A stretch of 62,759 nucleotides of DNA, counting the filler, from Globobulimina sp. (taxonomy: Eukaryota), in assembly GCA_003354225.1 (NCBI GenBank). It is 50 parts of 50 records of this genome, joined end to end, with 100 filler letters (N's around TTAATTAATTAA, not from the genome) between each part and the next. Parts side by side here need not be neighbours in the genome. Positions count along the whole stretch, not along the records: positions 47,785 to 48,941 come from PIVH01022113.1; positions 49,042 to 50,198 come from PIVH01022114.1; positions 50,299 to 51,455 come from PIVH01022115.1; positions 51,556 to 52,711 come from PIVH01022116.1; positions 52,812 to 53,967 come from PIVH01022117.1; positions 54,068 to 55,223 come from PIVH01022118.1; positions 55,324 to 56,479 come from PIVH01022119.1; positions 56,580 to 57,735 come from PIVH01022120.1; 42 more parts are not named here. The stretch is one strand, 5' to 3'. Position numbers and translations under genes: made by a program. This document shows positions 48,151 to 61,369 of the stretch, one piece after another (within the stretch, counting starts at the first letter, position 1; every line of letters starts with the position of its first letter). The notes below the pieces were generated by a model. It had not been told where the DNA came from. It did no database searches and saw only the letters and a program-made list of their open reading frames with translations.

Positions 48151-48419
48151 AAGTTATCCGGCCGGAAAATTGCACCAAATGGCCCCGCCCGTACACCATC
48201 CAATGCCCCCGGCTCTAAGTCCATTAATACCGCGCGTGGTACGTAACGGCCGCCGCTTGCTTCGTTATAATACACATTGATTCGTTCGATTTGTAAATCT
48301 GAATCACCGACATATGAGCCGGTTGCATCAATTCCGTGTTCACCACAGATTACTTCCCAAAATTTGGCACCAATTTGATTGCCACATTGCCCTGCTTGGA
48401 TGTGAACAATTTCTCGCAT
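48150..48419 (-). CDS. TUBB: Beta-tubulin, N-terminal ~90 aa
   Basis: [43 protein letters not shown]. Confidence 0.97.
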
Positions 48420-51400
48420 TTTGTATTGGGTGTTTGATAGGTTGGTGATGACTATGGTGCTATGACTGAAAAGGGAATGAGTTGCTGAACGAAGCAATTG
48501 TTGTGAAGAACTAAAAAACTGTATAGTGTATTTTTATAAAGATGTTAATAGTGTATAGTGTATTGGGGCGATAGACCCTTATTCGATGTTAATATTGTTA
48601 ATTTCAATTTTGGTGCAAATAGTAGTAATAGGTGGGTAGGTACTTCTTTTAAAAAAAATAAAAAATAAAAAAAATATTTTTTTTCGAAATATTTTTTTAG
48701 ATTTTTTTTTATCGAAAATTTTCCTAAAGTGATTTACTTAAACGATATATCCCATTAGATAACCCCCCCTTTCAGGCCCTTTGTATACCGAAAATTCAAT
48801 TATAAATTTATTCTGACTTTGTTCTCGATTTGCAAACCCAAGACAAAGTTATAACAAACACAGAACAAACACAAGACAAACATATAGCAAACTGTTTCTG
48901 GATTTTCAAAGCGTTTCTCAGATAATTGAATTAAATGTATANNNNNNNNNNNNNNNNNNNNNNNNNNNNNNNNNNNNNNNNNNNNTTAATTAATTAANNN
49001 NNNNNNNNNNNNNNNNNNNNNNNNNNNNNNNNNNNNNNNNNTTCAAATATTTCTTTAGCGTCGAAATGAACATGTATGCAATTAAGTGCATGCGAAATTT
49101 GACTGCTACTGATTCATATTAAATCGCCAATTATAATTTATAAATTTCATAATTTTATATTGTTTTGCAATCAAAAAGATTTGGAACAATGGATTCCGTC
49201 GATCATAGGTCTTCATGTATTGCAGTTTTGTTTTTTGTGTTTTTATATTCACAGAAGATAATAAATAGTCATTCTGATTAACTGGCAAAGTGTATATGAG
49301 AGTGGCAAAGTGAATATGTGGGTAAGTTCAAATGAATCGATCATAGATTTAACTGAATTTGACTCGTCTTCCAATATTCGGTCACTTTCAATCGTCGGTA
49401 AAAATATTACATTTCAATTTGGTGATTGTCAGTTGCCACAGAGTTTGAAGTATTTGTATATAAAATCTATGTATGGAATATTGGACAAAATATAGATTTA
49501 TTACATATTATAATGGATGAAGCAATGGATATTGAGGATTTTGTCGGATTTCATAACATGGTTATGTTTATTGTTTATGTTTATTGTATATTGTTTATGT
49601 TTAACTGTTTAAAGAGATTTTTATAAACTAATGGTTAATGTGACTTATTTCGAATGTAAGTTGTCAACCGATGCTAGGATTGCATTAAGTTTTATGGGAG
49701 ATTATAAAAATATGTTAAGACAGTTAGGTTGTGCGAATAGAACAAAGTCTAGGTTGAGAATAAATAATGTGAATGCAGTACACACAGCAAGACATATAAT
49801 CATAGATTTCAATCACTCAGATACAGTTATTAACGTGGGAGAGGTCACTGAAGATGATGATTATGTTCAAGTTTGGCCTATTCAAATTAGGATAACAGTG
49901 TTGTGTATTATAGGGCTTATGTTGACAGCAATTGTAAAAGTAATGATAGATTCACAAACATCCTGAATTGCGGGTATCTTTTGTGTGTTGGTTAAGTACT
50001 AGTGTTAAAATACTCGGAATCTGATATATCGGAATCGTCAAACTTTTTTGTGTCGTAAAAATGTCTGTTTTGCAAGGAAGGAAAAATAATAGGCATCGCA
50101 AAAATTCACACATAAAGTTGTTGTCTTTTCATTTCAAAAACTGAACCAGAATTTCTTCCAATTCTTTCATATGTTGCTTGGCAGAGTTGTGCCCCATANN
50201 NNNNNNNNNNNNNNNNNNNNNNNNNNNNNNNNNNNNNNNNNNTTAATTAATTAANNNNNNNNNNNNNNNNNNNNNNNNNNNNNNNNNNNNNNNNNNNNGT
50301 TGTTTGAAGACAGGGTAGTCTGGATGTGGCGGTCCAAATGTATTGATTGGTTGATTGTGCCCAAACAACCAATCAATATGAAACAAGATATCGATATCTT
50401 AAGTGACAAAAAAGCCATCTTTGACCGCCAAGAATATGAATAACTGAACAAAGTGATTTTTTAGATTTAATTTTGAATTTAAAGTGATTTTAAGATTATG
50501 TAATTGAGATTAAAAAATCGCAGAAGTGAAGGCGATGAATCAAGTTATAATTATCATAATTGAAAGTAGAGAAAGAATGATAAATATAACAAAAAATCAG
50601 TGAAAAATATTCAGTAAACATTAATATATATTAATGTGATATTATGCTCAACAAACATTAATTAAATGCTGAAACAATTATAGTTGTAAAAATTAAATGA
50701 GTATATTTCATAAATTATAGGTGTATTGGTTAAATATTTTGCAGCTTTAATAGCTATTAAATAAATATAGTTATCATCATATAAACCACATTTCCATATA
50801 TAAATTAATTCCGTTTTAAATTGCAAATAAATATAATATTTTCCTATAAATTATAATTAAATATCAATATTCATCATTTAATTAAATATAAATAATCATT
50901 TAATGTATCATTTTTTATTAACGTTTTGATAATGCAATGGCAAAACATTGGTAATCTTTTTCTATATTTAGCTTAGAACGGCATGCATTAAAATGTCTAA
51001 GTTTTTAAGTCGAAACTGAAAACAACTTTTGAAAGCTGTAATGATGGTACCTCATGTTTATAAGTACAAGTTATTATTAATTGTTGATAGTAATATTGTG
51101 TTGGTATAATAAGCATTTTTGTGTTGCTTTTTGAATATTGATCGAATGAATTAAATTAAATGAAATGATTCAAATTGGAATGGATCAAATTGAAATTAAT
51201 AATATTGAAGCAAAAAAATAAAATCAAATAAAATTGAATGATTTGAATCAATTAGAAATAAATCAAATGAATTATACTTTGAATAATTAAAATATTAATA
51301 TATATGTATCGGAAAGAATTAAATGAAAGAATTGAATCAAATTGAAATGATTCAGATAATATTGAATGAAATTGTTGATACTATGAAGAAAATAATTGAT

Positions 51401-51555
51401 TAATTGATAATGCATATCATTTTTGTGTTGCTTTGAGTAATTTATTGATTGTATANNNNNNNNNNNNNNNNNNNNNNNNNNNNNNNNNNNNNNNNNNNNT
51501 TAATTAATTAANNNNNNNNNNNNNNNNNNNNNNNNNNNNNNNNNNNNNNNNNNNN

Positions 51556-52512
51556 ACCTAAACAGCATTGGCACAGCCTTGGCCATTTCCTTAACCTCAT
51601 TGGTTAGTGGCAACGATCATCTGGCTGAGAAAACCTTTGCCACAATGCGGGTGGTATCCCCGTGTTACCACACATCTGCATTGCAGATGGTTCAACGTTT
51701 TCTGATGTTTTCTGACCCAAAAAACATCGCATACTCAAACTTTGACCAGCGAGAGGAACTGTTGAAGGATTCTCAACGGCAATACCAACGAGCCACAGAC
51801 AACTGCCTCCGTGCGTGTGAGGGCGATTTAGGTATGTACAGTTGCATGCATTACTTTTATTGCCATAATGATACCATTATGGTAATTGGACAGAAGAGTA
51901 TTGCTGAAACATGTGCATGACAACTAACAGTTATTATAGGAGAGAAAGTTTTGTGGTATGTAGGTACCAGGGTAGGTACCTTAACAAGTACATAGTTTCA
52001 GTAATATTCGTTCAAATTCTTTCATCGAATTCGTGCTGAAAAAAAAAAACAGTATTAATTTTTGTGTTTCAGACATGCACCCATCTTTTTGTACAAACGT
52101 AGAAGTGAGAAAATGGACCAGAAATGGTTACTACACTGTCCCCAACAACACCAAGGAGGACAGTTTCAAAAATGATTGTCAACTTGGACAGGAGAAGAAC
52201 TTTGCGAACCACTGCTTGACTGCTCTGGCAGATCTGGCTGAGGTGTTCCGGAAGATTCTTCCAGCCTTGTCCAAAAGTCAGCAATTCAAACAGCTGGCAA
52301 CAACCTTCTGCATTGCACAGCGACGTTTGAACAAGTGCAATGTGGGCCGAATCCCAGCCGACAGTTGTGTCCGGGCCAAACACCGGACACTTAACTTCAT
52401 GAAAGTGGCTAAGCGACTTGGTCGGCTGCTGGACCATGAAGGATTCTGGCGGTTTGGCGGTTCCTACGCCTGTAATTTTGATGGTGTTATGGGACTGGAT
52501 GTTCCATTTTAG
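51556..52512 (+). CDS. Hypothetical protein, two exons (intron ~51832-52072)
   Basis: GC-richer ORFs separated by GTATGT...TTTCAG; no family recognised. Confidence 0.55.
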
Positions 52513-53541
52513 CCTTCATTATGCACATATATATATGTATATTTCTCCTCTTTATTTGTCTGTTCTGTATTGGTGTTGTCTGTATATATTTCAATGTTAT
52601 TTTTTTGTGATTTAATCATTTATTTTCCATCCTTATACATTGTAAAACATATTATTCAACTATTATTTAATCAAATTATAATAAAATAAAATGAAAATAA
52701 AAGAATAAAAANNNNNNNNNNNNNNNNNNNNNNNNNNNNNNNNNNNNNNNNNNNNTTAATTAATTAANNNNNNNNNNNNNNNNNNNNNNNNNNNNNNNNN
52801 NNNNNNNNNNNTTTTGTACATATTTCAAATTCGCATTGGATTTAATTTGCAATCTGTTTTTTTTTTGTTATTGCAAAAAAAAACTATCTTTAACAGGGTG
52901 ATAACTAAATATATTGATAAAACAAACATTGCAGTCATTGATAGTATTGCAAAAAAAACTGTCAATTTACATTGCTATAAAGCATAAATTTTAATATTGT
53001 AATATTGTAAAGCTAGCTGATGATGATAATATTTATGGTTTCTGCTTTCTTGATTGGTTTCATGGGACAAAAAATAACAAAACAAAGCAAAGCAAACCAA
53101 AACACATATATATAAACAAAAGCAAAAATGCACCAATATGCAATGTTTATCCACTGGGGGAAGCTTGACGAAATGGCTTAATTATATCATTAATACAGAT
53201 TTGGATGACATAAAATAAGAATATAGACAAAAAAAATCTAGCTCTGTAGAGTGTAACATTAGCTATTTTGTTAGGTAGCACTAATATTTATTTTGTATGT
53301 AACATTAGCTATAAAAATAGTTTGCAAGTTCATATTTATTCAAATATATATAACGAATATAATATTTTTGAACTTGGTATACGTAGTGTATGACAAAAAA
53401 ACAAAAAAAATTCAGAAACAAACAAACAAAAAACATAATTTTGTATACTACGCACATTAATTCTGGATAACAATTGAGTTTGCGAACTAATCGCGTTATA
53501 CAAATCAAATATAAACAAAAGTTATCTTCACAACAAAATAT

Positions 53542-53967
53542 TCACTTAAACGATATCTTTAAACTATTATTCTTGAATGCAATTAAATATATTGGTATTG
53601 CCTGGTTATCACTAAATGTTACAAATACGCTCGGTTTGTCAACATCGTTACATGTGGTTTCATATAAAATATTATTTGTATTTGGCTTAATATCCGGTAC
53701 CTTCATCCTTGCATTGCCTCTACAATACTCACCGCAGACCACTTTGCAAACAAATATAAACTGTACACCCTCTGAATTTGGCGTAGAATATCTTGGATGC
53801 GTCGAATACGTCGCATTCACAGCAAAATAACATCCGGCTCCAAAAGCATGCCTCGTTGTAAATTGCCTTAAAAAACCTTGTGTGATTATTTTAGGGATTA
53901 CGTCCAGATTTGTCCCATGATATAAACGTCGCTCATTTAATTTATTCAAATCATTATCCAATCCACG
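53542..53967 (-). CDS. PARP catalytic domain (mono-ADP-ribosyltransferase type), C-terminal fragment
   Basis: ERRLYHGT..FGAGCYFA..YS..IFVCKVVCG..PSVFVTF..QAIPIYLI; the catalytic Glu position appears to be hydrophobic. Confidence 0.92.
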   Translation of the reverse strand, partial: RGLDNDLNKLNERRLYHGTNLDVIPKIITQGFLRQFTTRHAFGAGCYFAVNATYSTHPRYSTPNSEGVQFIFVCKVVCGEYCRGNARMKVPDIKPNTNNILYETTCNDVDKPSVFVTFSDNQAIPIYLIAFKNNSLKISFK

Positions 53968-54067
53968 NNNNNNNNNNNNNNNNNNNNNNNNNNNNNNNNN
54001 NNNNNNNNNNNTTAATTAATTAANNNNNNNNNNNNNNNNNNNNNNNNNNNNNNNNNNNNNNNNNNNN

Positions 54068-54707
54068 TGGTCCATTTAACAATGGCAAAGGTCGTTGGCC
54101 AATACAGATTTCATTTGGTGATAGATCCCGTGCTCTTTTACAACCTAAAAATTTAATGATTCATGAAAAAGTTTCAAAATCGGATATAAATGTTGTTGAG
54201 ATACAATCAAACCGAGGAGGCGGTTATGGTCCGTTACAAAATGCATTAAAAAATTCAAAATTTAGCAAAAAGCAGTTATTGGAAACTATTAAAAAAAAGG
54301 GTTTAAAAGAATATAAATCACCATTTGCTAAATTATTGGGTTATAATCTATCCATTTGTGCGGATCCAAATACATTGGATAGGCAAAATAATGCGGCGGC
54401 TGTATTCCTAACATGCGCTTTGGAGAATGGAATGTCACGTTATCCACAATTAAGAGGTAATTGTTTGGTGTTTAATAGTGATGGAAATAAAATAATAACT
54501 ACTGATCGTTTATGGGGAATACTTAATTTTATATTTGAATGTATGGACTATTTTGATGGAAATATGACAGCAAATCAAACACAGAAACAAATATTATTGG
54601 ATGCAAAAAAATATAAACAACAAAAATGGGCTCCTCAAGCTGGTACTGGCGGTATTGATGTTTACAATGATAATGTTAGTCAGTGCCAAATGCATCGCAG
54701 TTTTTAA
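54068..54707 (+). CDS. Hypothetical protein, C-terminal fragment
   Basis: Long ORF; no family recognised. Confidence 0.55.
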
Positions 54708-54750
54708 AATATTTTTTCATCACGACACCTCGCGACCAAAAACGTGTCCC

Positions 54751-55223
54751 ATGCACACAGAATACGCAGATGACGCAGACATACCACAAGATAATATACC
54801 AATTAATGTGCCACAAGACAATATGTACGCAGATGATAACCACATCATAAACAAATGGCAAGCAGTGAATCAAGATGATGTTGACGATGTCGCTGAAAAC
54901 AAAATTGACAAATCATCAGACTCTGGTTTTTTTGATACAGTCGTAAATATTTGTATATTAGTTATGATTTGCAGCGGCGTTATAATATGTTTACTTGGTA
55001 TTGGAGCTGCCATTGGTTATGGTGGGTATGAGGCAGTTCAATCAGGAATGGACGAAGAAGCATATGCAGCAACGTTTAATATCCCCGGAAAATGTGAATG
55101 CTTATCATCCCGAACAACGTCACATCGGTCATGTTCTGGTTCCGGATCAAAAAGACGTTGCACCACACAATATACCACACATTACACATGGGAAGTAATT
55201 GATAATTATAACAATACAATGCC
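54751..55223 (+). CDS. Hypothetical membrane protein with a Cys-rich extracellular loop
   Basis: TM segment, then CECLSS..SCSGSGSKRRCTTQY. Confidence 0.55.
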
Positions 55224-55354
55224 NNNNNNNNNNNNNNNNNNNNNNNNNNNNNNNNNNNNNNNNNNNNTTAATTAATTAANNNNNNNNNNNNNNNNNNNNN
55301 NNNNNNNNNNNNNNNNNNNNNNNAATATATCTAGCTAGGGACTGAATAAAAATA

Positions 55355-56479
55355 ATGGATTGCGTATACGACTATACGTTCATTAGAGACAGGAATTATT
55401 TCGAAGCTCCACAACCATTGAATAATAAACATGGTTACTTAAAGTTTATTGAATCAGTGCATGATTATTCCAAAAGATGCTATACATTTGAAAAAATAAC
55501 AGAAAATGATATTCCTTTGGCAATAATGTTCATATTAAATTTATTTAAAGCATTAAATCAAATTCTGAATTTTCAGACTGATCAACATCAATCATTAAAA
55601 TTGCAACAATTTATTTACCAATATATCGAACGGAATTTCGTGGAGAATTACAAATCAACTGAAATACCAATATTATATGCGATGATATTAAATAAAAAAG
55701 CAGAAATCATTCAACATTTTGGTTTTATTGGTAATCAGACAAACGTTGAGTCATTGTCTTTAAAATCAATAAAATGTCAACAATTAGCATTAAAATATAT
55801 TGTTATCCATCAAACGGAGATGAAAAATAATAATTCCAGCCATTTATCTAAAATTGTTTTGAAGAGAACAACAAATTCGATGTTGTATGGTGTCATATTA
55901 TTGAATTTAACTACAATGTATAATAATCAATCACAATGTACTGAAAATGCAATGCGTTTAATGCATCAATCTTTTATTTATTTTGTCGAAAATCAAAACA
56001 AATATTCCGTTTACAGCTGCAAATATGGTTATATTGCATTACATTTTGTGGTGAATGTGATTCAACGTTTATGTGTTTGGGATTATTATCAAAATAAACC
56101 ATATCAAAAAAGATATAAACGTTTATTAAAAATTGCCTGTAAATCATGGAAAATGCTTTGTTTTTCTGAACAACAAACATTCTTCAACGAGAGATATGGA
56201 TTAAACCTTGTGATGTTAGGTCGATATTATGCATTATTTAGCCAACGGAAAGATAAATTTAGCAAAGCTCTGACATTGCTATACAAAGGAATTAATATCA
56301 TGCGACGGTACGATAAATATAATGCAGCATTAGCAGATATTTATTATTTTTTATTGACAATTGAACAAAGTCTGTCTAATTATGATAAATGTAGAGAAAT
56401 ATTGAAAATGACCATGGATTTTAATAAATATCATAATTTGGTGAAACAATTCGAAATAAATAAACATGTATTAAAAAAA
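55355..56479 (+). CDS. Hypothetical alpha-helical (TPR-like) protein
   Basis: 375-codon ORF; LGRYY..FSKALTLLYKGINI resembles a TPR. Confidence 0.55.
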
Positions 56480-56738
56480 NNNNNNNNNNNNNNNNNNNNN
56501 NNNNNNNNNNNNNNNNNNNNNNNTTAATTAATTAANNNNNNNNNNNNNNNNNNNNNNNNNNNNNNNNNNNNNNNNNNNNCGTAGGTTTACTTTTTTCGGA
56601 CTTGTTTTGTTTACATTTTTCTGGTCGCAGGCCACAGGCTTAATCCGATCCCCAAAATAATTGTATAAATTACTAAAGTACTGAAAAACGTTTCGAACTG
56701 CAAAAATTTCCAACACATATCTACGTATCGAAAGCCTA

Positions 56739-57659
56739 ATGCAAGGCATGGCTGAACAAAATAACCTGGCGTTTAATCCATTATACAATCCACAATTTAA
56801 GCGTCAACCTTGTAAGCAACAAAAAAATACACCAAATCAATTACCATTACAACATAATCCATCACAATATGAATATAGAAATTATGAAACAAATCATAAT
56901 TTAACATCATTTAATCCAGAACAAAAGCAGAATCATAATGCACTGCAGAATAATTATCAGAAACAATATAACCAAAAATATGCGAGTACACCAAAAGCAA
57001 AAGGCATTAAACGCGTGAAATTCGCACCAAAAACTAAAGCATCCACACCCAAATTCTTCAAAGCTTATAACCAACAGCCATATAACCAATATAATGAGCA
57101 GTACAATGAAGCAAATATCACACCGCATGGAATTACACCAAAGAGTAACATGTCGAGTCCAAGATTTAGTTTCCATACTTCGCAATATGGCCAGCAATGG
57201 ACGCCCAATGGTATAAGTCAAGCGAGACCTTATTCGGAACCTATTTTAAGGCATTCCCAGTCATACAATTCACCAAAACAAGTACAGTATGATCAGCATC
57301 ATACGTTTAATAATTATATGCCAAAATCTCAAGAAGAAATTCAACATTCGACCATCGCACATATGTATACAATGAGCGCGCATTTCGAAAATAACATTTT
57401 GTTGATTGAAGTGTATGATTCAATTCAAGGAAATAAATATCGAAATGAATTTGCTCAAACTGATTTCCCTCTGTATGCTATCTATGATGTTGCTAAAATA
57501 TTGGTGGATGCAATCAACTCATCAAAAGCTGGTAGACATTCGCATGCAATCTCGGTCAATGGATTTAAACCTATTTCTATTTCAGAATATGGGCAATGGT
57601 GTTATTTGACTGTCAATGGAACACAAATACCATCATTTGCATTGCGACCCACATATTAA
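56739..57659 (+). CDS. Hypothetical Q/N/Y-rich protein
   Basis: Complete 306-aa ORF with a low-complexity N-terminus and a globular C-terminus. Confidence 0.65.
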   Translation: MQGMAEQNNLAFNPLYNPQFKRQPCKQQKNTPNQLPLQHNPSQYEYRNYETNHNLTSFNPEQKQNHNALQNNYQKQYNQKYASTPKAKGIKRVKFAPKTKASTPKFFKAYNQQPYNQYNEQYNEANITPHGITPKSNMSSPRFSFHTSQYGQQWTPNGISQARPYSEPILRHSQSYNSPKQVQYDQHHTFNNYMPKSQEEIQHSTIAHMYTMSAHFENNILLIEVYDSIQGNKYRNEFAQTDFPLYAIYDVAKILVDAINSSKAGRHSHAISVNGFKPISISEYGQWCYLTVNGTQIPSFALRPTY

Positions 57660-58440
57660 ATATCAGATATACTTTAATTTATTAGTGGATAAATTGTACG
57701 TTTTATACTTTTTTGTATACACAAAAATAATATATNNNNNNNNNNNNNNNNNNNNNNNNNNNNNNNNNNNNNNNNNNNNTTAATTAATTAANNNNNNNNN
57801 NNNNNNNNNNNNNNNNNNNNNNNNNNNNNNNNNNNACACAAATGTCTTATCTATGTTTGGACATGAGTTGACCTTTCGGACGGGATTTCATGATAAGAGA
57901 CTGTTTATGTACAAAGTTTTATTTGGTAACAAGTTTTATATGTAAGGAAATATATGGACAATAACATACAATCATTTCTATCTAAATACATAACAGATTT
58001 GGTAATCTAGTATAAATGAGCCTTTTAAGAACATGATTGTCAATTACATCTGTAGTTGTACAAAGTTTTATTCGGCAAAGAAGTTTTATATGGAAAATAT
58101 ATGTACAATAACATGGAATAAATAGCATAAATAATAATGAATAAAAATAATTCTGTTCAGTAACAGTTTGCACACAAAGGGTTAAATAGAATTGCATATA
58201 ATGCCTATGTACATTTCAACATTGGAATTTATATAATCTCTACAGCACATAACAACTTGCAAACATTTTTCTAATATATATTTATACAGTAACATGTTTT
58301 CACGATACATATGTACACAATATTGTTTTTATTTAGCCTATTATTAGGTTCCATAAACTTATCGGGCTAACACAAACAGACTTTCTAGTTTACAACTGTA
58401 CAAAAATATCTACTGCTACATTTCAACAATTTCTAACAAA

Positions 58441-58991
58441 TTAAGCATTTATGACACCTCCTTCTCCAGCAACAGTGAAGTAGCAATCAAATTGTGTAAA
58501 CAGCAACCCAAACAAGCTTTTCTGAGTTTCTTCATCAAATCCTACCTTGATTGATATATCACCACAATCAGGCATCCTGTCGATAGCGAACAGTCCATAC
58601 TGACCATTAAACTCATAGGAGGTCAAACCCGGAATGCGCCCAGTATTGAACGCGTCAGTGGCTGACTGTACAAATCCAATGTAAGATCTGTTGGCATTTC
58701 CATTGGCGAAGTCTGGTTCGTATGGTTTTTGCAAAATTGGATCATCATATTCAGAGTAAAACTGAACATAGTTGACCTTATACTTGGAAGCAGGATAGAT
58801 CATTGGGTTATTTTCCCATTTATTGCCATAAATGCTTTCTGCCTCACAAATTGCAAAGAAAGCTCGTTTTGGCATTCGTTGTGTGCTTTGAGTGAAGCCG
58901 ATAGATCGCATAAATGTCGATCCTTTTGGGATGGGAAATCTGGTCATGGCAGCCCTGTTTTATCGCCATTCTCGGTCGTTCTGAGTGTATA
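58441..58991 (-). mobile_element. Polinton/Maverick (adintovirus-type) double jelly-roll major capsid protein, C-terminal part
   Basis: Ordered motifs FPIPKG, PKRAFF, GNKWENNP, KPYEPDF..N..RSY, YGLFAIDRMPD, GDISIKVGF, LLFTQFD follow the Polinton MCP C-terminal pattern. In-frame TAA at 58960-58962. Confidence 0.8.
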
Positions 58992-59091
58992 NNNNNNNNN
59001 NNNNNNNNNNNNNNNNNNNNNNNNNNNNNNNNNNNTTAATTAATTAANNNNNNNNNNNNNNNNNNNNNNNNNNNNNNNNNNNNNNNNNNNN

Positions 59092-60197
59092 CCTACATTG
59101 ATATTCTTGCGGTTCCGCGCCGCATAATTGATCCCTTTGAAGCTGTTCTGGCCACTCAAGCGAGGGAAGGTAGTCACGCCTTGGCTGTGTTTACCTAATC
59201 CTTCGCCGGATTTATATCCGTATTTATTCAACATCCGATAGCCGTAATTGCTCACAATGCTAAAGCGATATTCTTTGTTCGTGATAGGAAACATTGGACG
59301 GAAGTTACTGTCGTATTTTTTGATGTGCGGGTCTGGTAATTTTATATCGGAGTCGTATTTGTCATACTCACTGCCATCAGATTTGAGCACAGATTTGCAT
59401 TCAAACTGCGTGAATGCAGACTGCTTTTCTAAGGGCTGCGGCACTTCGCCATTGCCAGTGTTGGTGGTGGCGGTCAGCAAATCTTTTACTTTTTTGATTT
59501 CCAACGCATTGGAAATGGTTTTGGTGGGTGTTTTGATTGGACTTTTTTTGTTTTTCTCTTTGATTTCGCCGTCTTCCGCGGTGTACTCACTGTCGTTGGT
59601 GTCGTTGTTATCGTTGCTGTTTTTGAGGAATTCGGGTATAAATCCGAGTTTTTTTGCGATTTGCAACGATTTTTGCTGTGCGGCAGAGATGATATCATGT
59701 GTATATTTTTTCTCATTTTGTTTGATTTTCAGCTGTAAATCTTGCTTTTGTTTGGTGAAAATCACCGTGGAGATGGATTTGGAGAGTAAGTGTGCGCGCA
59801 ATTTGGTGATTGACATGGCGTCGTTTGGGTTGATGCCGCATTCGGTGTACAAGTACTTTTTGTTCAAGCCGTTGGAAGTTGGATATATGTCTTGTACGCC
59901 TTGCTTGTTTAAGCGATTTGTGATGGAGTTGGTCTCCAATTGGATCACAGCACTGATGTCCCGATGGAATTCGTCGCAATAACGCAGTTTTGGTAAACAG
60001 TCCAATTTCTCAATGATTGCGCGGGCCGCTAAGGGCTGAAAACCTAAACTGGTCAACGAGTATCTATCATTTTGTGGAGTGTTTTTGTATTGGTATTGGT
60101 CGGAGTTATCCGGATTTGTCATTAATTTACGTTTCTTGGTCGGTGGTTGTAAGTTGCTGTCATTGTCGATGGAGAATTGGCCCGTTATTGGATCCAA
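59092..60197 (-). CDS. G-patch domain protein, fragment
   Basis: SNYGYRMLNKYGYKSGEGLGKHSQGVTTFP. Confidence 0.85.
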
Positions 60198-60453
60198 TTA
60201 GTAGAACTAGAGAATTTTGTAGATTTTATGAGACGACATAGATTCCGNNNNNNNNNNNNNNNNNNNNNNNNNNNNNNNNNNNNNNNNNNNNTTAATTAAT
60301 TAANNNNNNNNNNNNNNNNNNNNNNNNNNNNNNNNNNNNNNNNNNNNCAAGCAATAATACAACAGAAGTTTATACCAAAACAATTGCAAGTCCGCTTGAT
60401 AGTTTAATAAAAAACATTAACTTGTAGCCATATACGATATAACTTCAATGTGG

Positions 60454-60473
60454 TTATACAATTGTTAGGCATA
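60454..60473 (+). other. attC-like L'/R' end with integron core site GTTAGGC (60464-60470)
   Basis: GTTRRRY lies 18 bp before the first ATG and is complementary to the site after the stop codon. Confidence 0.7.
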
Positions 60474-60487
60474 ATTGGGTGTGCTGC

Positions 60488-61360
60488 ATGAAAAGTAAAA
60501 TTATGAAAGGGAAAGAAATATTTTTAGAAATTTATAATGAGCAAGTTGAGATATTTTATAATTCTTTTGTCAATTCCTCAAGAAGTCTATTTTATAAACC
60601 AGAAAATAAGAATAATCTACATCACGCAGGTGAATTTGGAATTTATAGAGAACGGATTGTTTCAAAATTCCTAAGATTATTTGCACCTCAAAGATTGCAA
60701 TTTGATAGCGGATTTATAATTACACCATTTGATACACCTTCGAAGCAAACTGATATTATAATATATGATAAAAATGAGAGTCCATTAATAAAAAGCGAGG
60801 AAGGTCAGAAATTTTTCCCAATTGAGACTATAGCATCAGTTGGAGAGATCAAATCAGTTTTATCAAAAGAACAATTGAAGGTTGCTCTATTAAATTTAGT
60901 GGCAATCAAAAAACTTAGAGAAAATATTGGCGATAGGTTTAAGTTATACTCAATTGCCCCAAAGGGTATTGATTTAGAAAAGATGCAAACCAAGGAATTT
61001 CCGTTTAATCCAATAAAATATCCTAATGACCACATATGCACATTTTTGATTTGTGAAAACATTAATTTTAACCTAAATGAAGATAATGTTAAAACTGAAA
61101 TTGAAAATTTATATGATAAAGATACGCCAGAAAGACATAAAGTTGATTTTATTCTTGGATTGGAAAACGGATTTATAGGATATTTTAAAAAAGGTTATGG
61201 ATTTTCACCTTTCCCAACAATCGAAGATGGCTTTAAATTAGATATGGTAATGAAAAATGATACAAATAGAGACCACATCAAGCAATTTGTTAATGAAATA
61301 TATAATCGGTTAACAATGACTACTATTTTGAAGCCTGAGATTTCAGATTATTTCAAATGA
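60488..61360 (+). CDS. Bacterial DUF6602-like PD-(D/E)xK nuclease
   Basis: HAGEFGIYRERIVSKFL..GFII..SKQTDIIIYD..P..FFPIETIASVGEIKSVL; intronless. Confidence 0.85.
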   Translation: MKSKIMKGKEIFLEIYNEQVEIFYNSFVNSSRSLFYKPENKNNLHHAGEFGIYRERIVSKFLRLFAPQRLQFDSGFIITPFDTPSKQTDIIIYDKNESPLIKSEEGQKFFPIETIASVGEIKSVLSKEQLKVALLNLVAIKKLRENIGDRFKLYSIAPKGIDLEKMQTKEFPFNPIKYPNDHICTFLICENINFNLNEDNVKTEIENLYDKDTPERHKVDFILGLENGFIGYFKKGYGFSPFPTIEDGFKLDMVMKNDTNRDHIKQFVNEIYNRLTMTTILKPEISDYFK

Positions 61361-61369
61361 CAAATCAAC

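Noticed and set aside
47733-48497. Novel tubulin-enzyme fusion protein
   Set aside because: The switch falls on a coincidentally shared motif, both domains are truncated, and a similar chimera occurs at 38620-38730.
50460-51455. Extremely AT-rich stretch with loose AATTGAAT-type motifs
   Set aside because: No consistent period, ORF or RNA structure that I can support.
53542-61360. PARP, capsid, G-patch and nuclease genes read as one defence or viral island
   Set aside because: Each lies on a separate unlinked contig; adjacency reflects length sorting only.
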